Below are positions 50,582 through 62,800 of a stretch of 64,000 nucleotides of DNA, in pieces (positions within the stretch are counted from its first letter, which is position 1; each line of letters begins with the position of its first letter). Below the pieces are notes generated by a model. It did no database searches and was not told where the DNA came from. It worked only from the letters and a program-made list of their open reading frames with translations. The position numbers were made by a program, and so were the translations under genes. Source of the stretch: Gnetum montanum (Eukaryota; Plantae; Gnetophyta); assembly GCA_015680685.1 (NCBI GenBank), contig MNCI01000952.1, forward strand, positions 370,963 through 434,962, in the 5' to 3' direction.

Positions 50582-52400
50582 AATGCATGTCCTTTGGGCT
50601 ATGCAATGCATGATCCACATCCAATGGTTAATGATGTTCATATTCCCATTAAGAAAGATCCATTTCTATGAAGTAAAGAATGTAAGAATGCCTTTCAATC
50701 TCCAAAGAAAAGGATAACCCAAACCCAAATGTTGCATGACCATAATTGGGCTTAGCCATTTCATATAATGGTAGATGCTTCTAAGTTTGCATTAGATGCA
50801 AGCCTAATGTAGCTAGATGAAAAGAAGATGCCCCACTACATCCATTATGCTAGTCAAAGCATTGTTAAACCTTAATTGAACTACATCACCACTGAAAAGG
50901 AGTTAATTGTCATCAATTTTTCACTACAAAAATTTAAGCATTATATTCTTAGATGAAAAATCTTCTTGCCCCCAAGTGATTCAATGGTTGGTTCTCTTAA
51001 AATAATTCAATATCCACATGATTGATCATAAGGAAGTTGAAAATGTAGTGGCAAATCATTGATGGTTAGCTATGAATTTACAATAATGTGTGCTTCTCAA
51101 TAACTTTTTTAATAACCACAATTGCAAGGTCCTTTTCAATGCCAAGAATGAATGTTACTACCCATAGTTCACAAACATTCTCAATTGCTTGGTGGTCTAC
51201 AAGACTCCTCCTAGGTGGGATAAATGAAAGATCCAATGATTCCAATACTAGATGACACTTTAGTTGATTTTCAAAGAGCATCTTTACAAAAGATTCCCTT
51301 ATGGCCTCATAAGGTGTTGTGTTCCAGGAGAGAGCTAAGATAACATCTTAGCTCTCACACACCATGGTCTATGTGGTGGGTAATATGCTAGAAAGAGAAC
51401 CACAAAAAAGTTGTTATTTGTAGGCTATTTTTGGTCCACCATGTTTTTTGATGCTCAACACTTCATGTGATACTATGACAAGTACTAACATGAGGAGGTA
51501 CGACCTTACTTATGAAGGAACCACAATCGTGTATCTAATTGTTGAAGCCCTTTAACATGTGAAGGATTAACTTCATTAGCCCTATCTCTTTAACTTTCAA
51601 TGATAAAGCATACATCATTCTATGCATATACTACTACATGAAGTGAATAGATGTTATTGTTATTAAGGATTGTTCATCTATTATTGCAACAAACTTCCTT
51701 CAGAATAGTGTACTTCATAGGCTTCGTATTCCTCAAATCTTAATCTTTGATAACAATATGTACTTTACTAGTAAGGTTTTCATGAATTTATTGAAATCTT
51801 ATGGAGTTAATCATAAATAAACTTTTCCTTATCATGAGTGGGCTCATGGCTAAGTGAAAGTTACTAATCATAAAATTGTAAGAATACTTAGACAAAGGAT
51901 TAGTAGGTACAAAAGAGATTAGGCCAATAATCTTAATGATGATCCTTGGGCTTATTGAATAGTGTGGAAAAATATTGTTGGCCACACCTTGTTTAAGCTT
52001 ATGAATGAATAAGTTCCATAACTATCCATTGATCTTGAAATAAAAACTTTAGATAGTGTGAAAAATTTTGATATGACCTTGGATTCTACACAAAAAGAAA
52101 GGTTGATTAATCTTAATCTTCTCAATGAGAATCATAGAATCACCTTAATGCATAAAAAGTTAGAACATTCCTACACCAAGGATTTCCATGATGTTCGTGC
52201 AAGACACATTGATTTCAAACTTGGTGATAAGGTCCTCTATTTCAATCCATCATACTTGTTCCATTTGGAAAAATTTCAATTTTAATGGAAATGATCCTAT
52301 ACCATCCACTCTAGTTACCAATTTGGCACAACACATATTTACCAACCAAATGAGCCAAATAAAATTTTTTTAGTCAATAGGAAACACTTGAAGTGATACT
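50582..52400 (+). pseudogene. Remainder of element D pol (RT remnant, RNase H, integrase)
   Basis: MSFGLCNA resumes after the TSD. FHIMVDASKFA..YASQ..NYITTEKEL..ENVVANH (RNase H). HHGLCGG..GYFW and DFKLGDKVL (integrase and its tail). Confidence 0.88.
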
Positions 52401-52954
52401 AAAAATATCTTTCCCATCTAAGAATTCATAACAAGAAATTTTGTATTTTACACTCAAAGGTCAATTAGGTTATAAGAACGGGTTAGTCGTGGAGGAGGAA
52501 TCCTCCATGCCATGTTGAATTTTCTTTTATTTTTTATGTATTTTAATAAATTTGATGTTTTTTTAAAATTTTTACATTTTTTGAGCTTAATGATTAATTG
52601 TTCATGATCTTTTCTTTTCTTTTCTTTATGTGTGTTTGTATGTGAGGGAAAACTAACTAATATGCTTTATGAATGCTCACTCAATAACCCAATGGTGGAT
52701 GGGTGAGTTACAAATGTGATGATGATGTGAGAGTCTTGAATGGGTCCAAAGTGGAATGTTGATAGATGGAATGAGCTCACAATGAAATTCATTAGCCTAC
52801 TTTTTCTCAATCCATCATCGGTGAACTAGGCTCAAATTCAATCAGGAACTAGAACTTGCATTGTGAACTATTGAAGCTAATCCTATTATAACTGTGGGTA
52901 GGTGGTGGGTACACACCTTAGGATTTGATTTCATGAAGCTAAGATTATGGGTTT

Positions 52955-54087
52955 AATCCCAAGTCTTATTATTACTGTAACCATTCTGGTACAAAAGTTA
53001 ATATTGATAAGACTACAAATCTAGTTTGTGGTGCTAGAAATAGAAATTACAATTTTTTGCTTAGAGGAAAAAGAATTGATAGATGTGAATCTTATAAATA
53101 TTTTGTAGTTTAATTTGTTGATAGTTATAGTTGCAATACCCTTCTTTCTTAAATAATTTCAAGTGATATGTGAGTTCTATTTTCTCTAAGAAATAATTGT
53201 AGCATCAAATGAATTTTGGCATGGAAGATCATAAAGAAACTTTTTTGTAGTCTTGTCCAATGTATATTATTATATGGGTGTGTTGCTTGGGAACCTTCTA
53301 TTTTTACACATAATTGAAAAAAATTAGAGCATGTTCAAAAATAATTTCTTGTATGTAAATTTCAACTGAAAATGTATTCTTATGATATCTTTCTTTTAGA
53401 ACTAGATTTGCTTTCTCTTAAAGTTGAAGCCCTTTGTCAATTTATTGCTTATACTCAAAAGTTAAGCTACATGGAAGAATTTAATTATCCTAAGAAGATA
53501 ATGAATGCCACATAAGAAAATGGATGGTCGCATCGAGAAAAATTATAGCTTCAATCATGAAATATTGTAATAGAAGATCTTTCTTTAAACCAAAGGCTCT
53601 TCTAGAAAACTACAAAAGAAAAGCTCTTGGCCAAATTTTGATTAAACACATCAAGAAAAAGGAATTTTTTATTTAAATTCTATTAGATGAGGTTTGTTAT
53701 CTAGTACTCAAAATTATATATTATCAGCTATTCCTATTCATTTAAGAAATCAAATTGCCAGAGCAAGAATGACCTCTCACCATCTCCTTATTGAGATAGG
53801 TTGTTAGATCAATTTACCAGGAGAAGAGTGTATTTGCAAACTATACAAATAAAGCATAGAATATGAACATATTTTTTTATTTTTCCCATCTTTGGCTTAC
53901 ATTTTATTGAGTTATACTATTAATTATAATCTACTAATTGCTTTCTTTTACATTGATCCTTTCTACTTGGGCCATTACATCAATGATGTTTTCAACTTTC
54001 TCCAAAAATATGTTGAGGCTTTGTTACCATCCAACAAATCCTTTGTGATTTTCTACATATAATAAAAATTTCCAGTTTCTAGTTTCC
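52955..54087 (+). mobile_element. 5'-truncated RTE-X-like LINE inserted in the 3' region of D
   Basis: YCNHSGTKVNIDKTT..ESYKYF, LFCSLVQCILLYGCVAW, IARARMTSHHLLIEIG..EECICKL..EYEH. Tail tttccag-tttctag-tttcca. Same family as 20757..21196. Start approximate. Confidence 0.8.
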
Positions 54088-57000
54088 AAGGTATAAGCTC
54101 TAGAATCTTAGAAGAGTGCTTGATCATTGGCAAGGAAAGGGTGTACCATTAAGAATCCTTGTGATCATTGGATAGGTCTAATTAGTGTGATTGGACTAAG
54201 GTGTATGTGCTACCATACCTAGCCATGCTAATTGGAAGAGTTCATGATCTCATGGACCTATGTGTGCATTGTGGTGAGGGATGAATTCTCATGTTTGTAT
54301 AAGTTGAAGACTCTAAGTAGTGATCTAGCACTTCAATCATTTCCAAAATTCCTACGCATCATTCAAAAAACCCTCTTCTCATAAAGGAAAGAAAAGATGA
54401 AAAATGATGAAAGAAATGGAAAAAACTAAATAATGAATAATAATGGAAAAAATAAAAAATATGAAAAATAAATGAAAAATAATAAGAACAATAATGATGA
54501 GAAGATGAGATAATAGAAAGAGTAATATGACACAAAGCTCATTGGTTCATGCAAATTGGTATTCTTATTATCCCAGACTAATCAGAATAAGAGGTTAGAT
54601 CAGTACACATGTAAGTTTAACTCATGTTTAGCTTGTTTCCTAGATCACTTAACTTCCAAATATAATAGTCCAATATAATCTCTTGATCATCCTTGCCCAT
54701 GGCCATGAAGGCCTAGAAGTCTCTCTTTTTAGTAAACTTTGGTAATGTCAAATGTTGCTTCCACTTGAATCATGACTCCATTTATTCCTAGGAGTCAAGA
54801 TCATAACCCTTGATACAAACCATGATCATATCCCATCATGAAAATTCTAGTTTCTTGGTCATTGTGTTATAATCACTGCTAGGATTAGGATTAGGTTAGC
54901 GCAACTAGAGGGATTAATAAAAAGTTTCTAGTAAAGAAAAATTCATGCAACCTATTATGCATATGTGCATGAATGCAGGAAAATCAAATCGTAATATTGA
55001 CTTCTAAAGGATCTATGATGCATTGTCTTGTTTTAGTTTCACCAGTGGTTAGACCACAAAATAATCAAGGTTAGATGGCACCAATAGTGGTAGGTATGAA
55101 CTTGGATATGGAAGGGAGACTTGATGATCTATCCCCACCATGTGGACAAGTAGCAATGAAGGGATCTAATAGTAGATCTCTTGTGGCATGTAGGATGTGC
55201 TCACATGCTTCCATGAGCTAATTGAATGGTTGCCTAAGGATCCAGTAATGTTTCACTCTCACATTCCCTGTATTATCCATCTTTCATTCTTTCTCACTCT
55301 TTCCTTTTATTCTATTAAATGTTTTATATGACAAGGAGTTGATTGAGTGAAATGGAAAATGAGATTTTAGCATCCAAGGTGATGGACTAGCATTTAATGA
55401 TGATGCCTTACTAGTTTTTGGGAAGCCATGGGTATCCCATTAACAAGTATCACAAGGGAAAGAAAGACAAGCGTCTACTATGAGGAGGACCAACTTATGA
55501 ATCCTTGGTGGCTTGGCATTGTGAGTGAGTGAGCTCAAGGTTATCTCCTAGAGGTACAATGGTTGCATGAAATAAGGCACTTGATTGATCTTCTATTTGT
55601 GTGGTTGTTACTTGATGAACCTAATGGTTTGACTAAGACTATTAATTTTAACCTTTATTCTCTACCTACTTATTTTGATTATGGATTGGATGTCTAACTA
55701 AGTTATACTTTATGTTCTTGTATATCTTAGTTTGTTTTGTTGATGGTATTACATGTTCTAGATCCTTTTAATCTATTTAGGATGCAAGTTAGGCATGTTC
55801 TTATTAATTCTTTTGTTTATGCCTTTATTTGTTGTGCTTGTATTTCTCAATATGTGCATTTATTTTATGTTTTCCAAGGCTAGTATCTTGTAATTTAGTT
55901 ATGAGGGAGACACATAGTTGGGTATGTATTTTTTCAATTTACATCTATGTCATTCATCATACCCATGTATGTGTTTAACATTTAACTGTGATTTTGTTCT
56001 TTATGTTTTTTAAATGTGATTTTGTGCTTAAATATTTTACATGATTTTTAGCATTGCTATAGTCTAACATGTTTAGACATGTGCATTATGCATACTTGAG
56101 GCCCATGTAGATATTGGTCAAGTGATTTTAGGTCCCAGGCTACAAATTGGTAGTAAGACACCACCTGAAGAATACTAGTTTAATCTAGAACTTGACAGGC
56201 TTCTCTCAAAAGTAGATTTAGAGGTAAAATGATCACATTTCTGAACTACAAGTAGGGGGCATGCACAACAATTAGTAGCTAAGTATGATCCAAAAGATTT
56301 GTTAGAATTTCCATCAAGCCTAATTCATCTTCAATTTTGCAAGCATGTTAGAAAACTCTTCTTATCATCTACTATTCCCTAGATTCTCTTCTTAGAATGA
56401 TCATTTTGTAATGTGTTTTGTGTTAGAGATATTTTTACATTTGTAATTCCTTCACATTGATTTTGTCATTTGTCTAGTTCTTCTTTTTATGTCTTTGGTT
56501 TTAAAGTTACGGGAGTAGTTTTAATTAATCTTGGAAGAATAATGAGTCATCCAGTGGCATTTTGTTAGTCCATTCTAAGCCTTATATTTGCAAAGTGTTT
56601 CATGTGTCCCATGTTTGTAGTTCTATCATGTTTAGTTTAGGTTTGTATCTCATAGGCATTCATTCTTGCCTCTTGTGTCATATTTCTAGGTTGTGTGCAT
56701 GTTCTAAGTTCCTTATGATGTTTTTAACTTTTTTTGGATGTTCTAAGGCCCTTTTGACATGTCACATAATGTTCCAGCTTTCATCTAGAACTTATGGCTT
56801 AAAGTGTGATAGGAAGAGGTACACTAAGAAACCTTCATCAATGCACCCCCTGCATTAGTGTAGGGGTACTAACCTAACCCTTGCTTGGCTTAATTCAACT
56901 TACTTCACTTTTGGTGTGACTAATATCAGTCAAGGTTATGTTGATGACCTCTATTAATTCTTAGTCACTAGTGAACCTCTATTTTTACTTTGTAAAAACT

Positions 57001-57989
57001 ATAAATACCGAGGATAAGCTTTCATATACATCTTAGTCATAATATTCATTTAATTTTGGCATTTGATGTTTGATTTGTGTGAAGAGATCTTCCTCCCTTA
57101 GGTAAGTTGATTTTTTTCTTATTTTATATGTGTGTTTTGAGTTATCACTTTTACAAGTACAGCTAGACTTTACCAAAGTGCTACCTTGCTTATGTACCAT
57201 AGAATTGTTTGGCCAATGTAGAGTCTAGTATTTGCATCGTGAATAAAGCTCACGGTTTCTCCTTTGTTTTATATTATGAATACCTTAAACATTAAAACAT
57301 CAAAAATATTTATTTCATTTTCATTGCATTAAGCTATGATGATTCACCCTTATCTGAAGAGCTTACAACTATACAACATGATGTTGGACCATCGAGGTTG
57401 TGACTAGGGATCATTTATTACTTCCCATGTATGGTGTTGTACTTATCCCTTAAGGGAATGTGACACACATACGTGATTGTAAGCATTGTGCTTATCCCCA
57501 AGTTATGGGTTTAATTCTAGTGGTCAATGTTGAGTTATAAAATTCTAATTGAACTATATTACAAATCTTTTAGGGTTTAAACACCCCCCAACATTTCGCC
57601 TATCCCCATGAAGGATTGTGATTTGTGTGTGTTTATTATTGTTTTACTCTTATATCTATAAAATACATATAAATTATAAAATATAACTTGATAAATATTT
57701 TCTCACTTCCTCATGATGAAAACACAAGTTCTCATTGTATTATATGTATTACAATATCTTTAATGTTTATTTAACATAACGACAAACATGAATGTTCTTG
57801 GTGATTTACTCAACATTCTTTATGAAGCTTATGATCAAATCGCATTGCATTTTGTGTGATATAATCCCTTGATCATGGTTGGTGGGACTCCTATCAACTT
57901 TCAAATAAGAAAATAGTTGAATAATTAAAAAATATAACAAAATATATGTTTATTTCTTTAATAATTTCTTAATAATTACAAGTTTTAGA

Positions 57990-58960
57990 GGATTGATATT
58001 TAAGTTTATGTATTATTAAAATCAATATTTCTGAATGATAAGGTTAAACTGATCACAAGAATTGGTTATACCAATTGAATATTTTTTTCTCAAACATAAC
58101 TATCATTAAAAATAAGAATTTTGAACAAAACACCTTGAAATATAGAAATGGAAATATCCATTAAAATTATACAACAATGGATGAGTTATAATGAAATGTA
58201 TTTTCATTTCAATGTAAAAGGAATTCAAAGACTTTAAAAACCTCACCATGAACAAGCAAGTATAATTTTTTTGGGAGGATAATGGTGTTTGATCCAAAAA
58301 ACTAATAATAAGAAAATAAATTTAGAGTACATCACATTCTCAAATACTAGGTAGAAAGCATCAAAAAAACATTGCAAGAAGAAATTTTTCAATTTTAGGA
58401 TGTATACTTAAAAGGATTTATCCTACACTATGCACATATAGCTCTAAGTCCTCACTTCATAAAGAAGGGTTGATGCTTGAGCCAAAGAGGCCAAAACAAC
58501 CCTAACAAGCCTACATATCCTTGTGATGCTCTTCATAGGAATTAGGAAGATGTAGTTTTATGAGGTTGTTATTAATGGTTAAGATAGCATGGAATCCATG
58601 AGGATCTCCATACTTGTCTAGCTTCCAACATGGGGAGAAACATCCTTTGAATTACCGACAATGCATGCTTTCTTACACTTTCCCCCACTTAAAAGAAGTA
58701 ATGTGCTAGTAGCTTAAGTCATTGTTCATTCACTTCCTAAACATGGAGAGCACATTAAATATTGAAAGAACTCAAATAACTAAAAGTCCATTTGATAGTT
58801 GTAGATAAGAAGGTCCAACATCTAGAGTTATTCAACCTTCCAATTAATGCTTTGCAAAATCAAGAGAGAAAATTATTTATTAGTAGAAAAGATCGTTCCA
58901 ATCTTAACAACATTTATATCACTTTCAACATCCATGCTTGACCTAAAAATCAAGCAATTG
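57990..58960 (-). mobile_element. Degraded LINE RT fragment interrupted by an unidentified ~400-bp insert
   Basis: DNA homology to 10380-10620. Remnants VESDINVVKIG and PKIEKFLLAMFF. Confidence 0.45.
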
Positions 58961-59080
58961 AGGGGTGGGTTGGCGCAAAAAGATGAAATTTTAGAAAAAG
59001 CAAATGCAATGGCTATGTTCTAACATTTTTTAATAGAATTTATTCCCAAAACATATAGTCAAATTAGAACTTTATAACTT

Positions 59081-59233
59081 GCACCTAGGGGTGTAGGGCA
59101 AGTGGTTGGGACCCTTAGCTCTTGGTTGGAAGATTGTGGGTTTGATTCTTGCCTATGCTTTTGGGTGTGGCAATAGTATAGTAGCCTTGTGGTGAAATCC
59201 TTTTCATTTGTTGGTCACATCTTCAATGAAAAA
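59081..59233 (+). mobile_element. tRNA-derived SINE (~153 bp)
   Basis: A-box-like TAGGGCAAGTGG, B-box-like GGTTTGATTC, short A-rich tail. 15-bp TSD AGAACTTT[A/G]TAACTT (59066-80, 59234-48). Confidence 0.85.
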
Positions 59234-59899
59234 AGAACTTTGTAACTTAGGATTATCCATTAGAATAAAACTCTTAACATTGGAATTTTCAAATCAAGAG
59301 TTCTACTACTAGGCTATCACTTAATTATTAGTAATGGTTATGTTCTAACATGCTTAAGTAAGCAATCTTCTAATATCTCGAATATAATTAATTTTATTTT
59401 AAATAAATTTTAATTATATTCAGAATTTCACAATTTGATACATCTTTTACAAAATGGTAAAACTAAGAACATTATTATCATATCTTATAACATAGATGAT
59501 AAATCCAAAGTTTTGGAACATCGTAGTCATTTAAAAGGTTATAAAATTTGGATCATTGAAGATCTCATGAAAAGAAAACTTACAAAAAGATTTGTAGAAT
59601 GAAGGAAAGTGAAAGAAGTAAGATCAAAAGATTTTGTAGCATTTTGAATGCAAGAGGAAATGTAGTAATTACCAAAATTAAATATTTAAAAAACTTCACA
59701 AAAAATATAAAATTTCTAAATTATGGATTTTTAAACATTGATGAGTTAGTAATAGCAAAATCAAGGTGTTATATAATATACTCTTTTTAATAAATTTGAC
59801 ATTTTTGGTATTGCTAAGATATGGGAAATTGAAGATTCTCTAGAAGTTTTTGTTCTAAACATTTTTATTTTATATTTTTTTCAAAATTCTCTTAATAAG

Positions 59900-62800
59900 T
59901 GATGAGCAGTGAAGGTACCCCTACAGTCAACCATATGAATCACTATCTGATCAAATTTTGCAAACTCTATAGTTTCCGATACACTAGTCTTCTAGGAAGT
60001 GAACCTTCCCCTAATGGTCATTCATTGTCTTCCCAATTACACTTGTGATGCACAAGGGTATGGTTAAGTGTAATCGAGGCATATGTTTTTTATTATTTTT
60101 ATGTTGTATATTCTTTGGTGCTTAAAGTAGAGAGATGAAGTAATTTAATTTAACTACTTAACTCATCTCTAACTAGTTCTAACATAAGTATTTGGTCCCA
60201 CTTTTCGTACATGTCCTAAACCCACGTATCCACTGTTGAGTTACCAAGCACTATGCTATTGGGTGCACCAAGCAATAATGCTACTTGGATTACCAAGTGA
60301 ATACTTGTTTACAATTGAAGCAATTGTACTTACATGTTTAATCTATTTCACTTAAATAATTAACTAATGAATTAAAGTCTAATTTAGCTCAGTTTAGCTT
60401 AATTAATTGCATATTTAATGAAAAAAATGAATGCATAAATAAATTATTAATCTATTCTAAGTGTTGTAAGGTTTGATCAAAAGGCTTGTCTTTATTGCTA
60501 TACACACTAGTGTGGTTTAGGTATAACAGTGCTTGAATAAAGATCCGTACACTTTCTAACTCCTAATGCAGGCACTTAGTGAAATATTCTAACTTTTAAA
60601 AGGAGAAACTACAAGAGCTCTATACTACTATGAATTTAGTCCCATAAGCACAAGTATGAACTTGTCTTTATAGTTTTTATTACAGGGTTGTATCAACAAG
60701 GCCCCGTAGATGTAACAAACACTATGTTGACATGGCCCCATTGACAAGCAACACTATGTAAACAAGGCCTTGTTGATGAAGCCACGTTAACGAAAACTCA
60801 TCATGCCCCCACAAGTGAATGAAAACTCATCCTTAAGTTCCTTTACAAAATTGGGAAGATATGTGATTATTAACTAACTCTTGACATAACAAACAAGCTC
60901 ACTTGACAAAACTAAGTGCCCAAGTGTACAAAAATTGTGGTGTTTATGATACAAAATTGAACACCATGACATGACTACATAAAATTGGATAACACATCCT
61001 TTGATGGCATGAAGGTAGTGGAGAAGATCAAACAGTCCCAGGCAGTGGAGGCTCATGAGGTTCTAAAAGACCTTCACTAGCTTCAGGCAAAGGCAGTGGC
61101 TAAGGTGGCTATGGCTGTAGCCACTAGCAGAAGGTAAAAGGCATTCAATAATGCCTTCATTCATAGTCCACATAGCATCACCAATGTGGGCTAGAATGGG
61201 GATATCCCATAGATGGGGCATTATCGAGAACAGCTCATTTCCATTGACAAATTAGGCAGTGAACTATTTGCGTTTGACATCGAACGTCCTTACTACATTC
61301 TACAGCTCTTGGTAGTCATTCATCCTTTTGGCCAGGTTCTCAATGATAGATCTTTGATTAGTGTATTTTCCCTTGAGAACTTCAAGTTCAACATTTGCCA
61401 CTATAAGCTTTTACTTGGTGTCTTTGTGATGTTTGAACTTAGCCTCATACAACAAGTGCAAGTTGGCCACCTACTTCTCTAGTTCTGACTGTAGTCATTT
61501 GGTAGTCAACATGGCCAAATTTGCATATCGGAGATTGCCAAGCTTCATATATTTTATCATCTCCTTAATTTGCAACTTCTTCATGCAAATTCTACTTTAT
61601 TATAGGCATCTATTCCATCAATGATAGGCTGCCACAATTCTCTTCCTTGTTGGAGTTGTTGGAGGATTTCATTTACTTTCGTCTTCACTAATTGGATGTT
61701 TTTTTCATTCACTTATTTTTGTATACTAACCTACTCTTTATAATGATTCTTGACTCTCTCAAATTTGAGAGCCTTCAATGTTTAGGTAGCTACCTCAATC
61801 ATAGTTTTCTAGTGAAGGGCATTGACTTTCTCCATGGAGAGGTTTCTATTTTCTACTACCAATCTCCTTAGTTCTATGTTTGCTCTAGCTAGTTGTTGCT
61901 AATGTTGATGGATGAAGTTAGTTAATTGTTGTTTGTGCTCATCAACATTCCATAAGTGATGGTTCTCTACAATCAATTTCCCATTCTCCTAGTGAGTCTA
62001 ATCCAAGGCCTTCTAAATTTTGTGCTATGTGGCCTCTACCAAGGATCAGTAGAACATTGTCATTTACATCGCATCCTCAACCCCTTTTAGTCTAGTATGA
62101 AGCTATTCAATAGCTTCATCTCTTGTCAATGTTAGGTTGAGGAATGCAAGGTCAACAATTTGGGCTCTTAATTTAGCAACATCAGTAGCCAATCATTTGT
62201 TTAGCTCCTTGGTTATTTTCAATTGCCCCTCAAAGATTATGTTCTTTTCCCTTGCCTCTAACAGCTCTGACTCGGTTGCAATAATATTGTTAAAAAAATC
62301 AAAGACATTTAGAAGTGGTTGCCTAGTTCCCACTAGTTAGTCTAGTAGTTCTTCATGTTGTGCTGCATTTATGCTACCACTTGTGGTTCTTGAGGACATC
62401 TTCACATCTTTGAGTGTAATGACATCTTGTACAAATGTCACAGGTGCATTGAGCATTTTGGTAATTTGGTCAGCAACCACCTCTATTGTTGTCTCCTACT
62501 CTTGGTGTTTCATCACCAATATTACTACCCCCTCACCTTCCTCTAAGCGCACCGAGAAGGTCACCACATTCCTAGAGATTTTTGAGAGTGACTATTATTC
62601 TACGAGACATACCGTGACCTCTCTAACATTAGGATTTGACCTTGCAGGCAAGTGCATTATTTATGCTAAGAAAATAGATCCACCTCCACCCATCAAGCTA
62701 ATTGTTTGAGCCATCTCATTTAGGTAACTCATTGATGGTCTATACACAAATGAGTCCTTGCCACTCATGCCTACTCATTACTTTTGTTCGCTCAAGAGTT

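Larger units (their letters stand above)
31765..57896 (+). mobile_element. Element D: old autonomous-type Athila-like gag-pol element hosting B, C and a LINE
   Basis: 5' LTR 31765..40032 (split by B) aligns with 3' LTR 56540..57896 (t[c/a]atgag...cctatca). TSD ATTTT/ACTTT. Decayed PBS ttagcatcattactaaga at 40033. Domain order gag-PR-RT-RH-IN. Confidence 0.88.
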
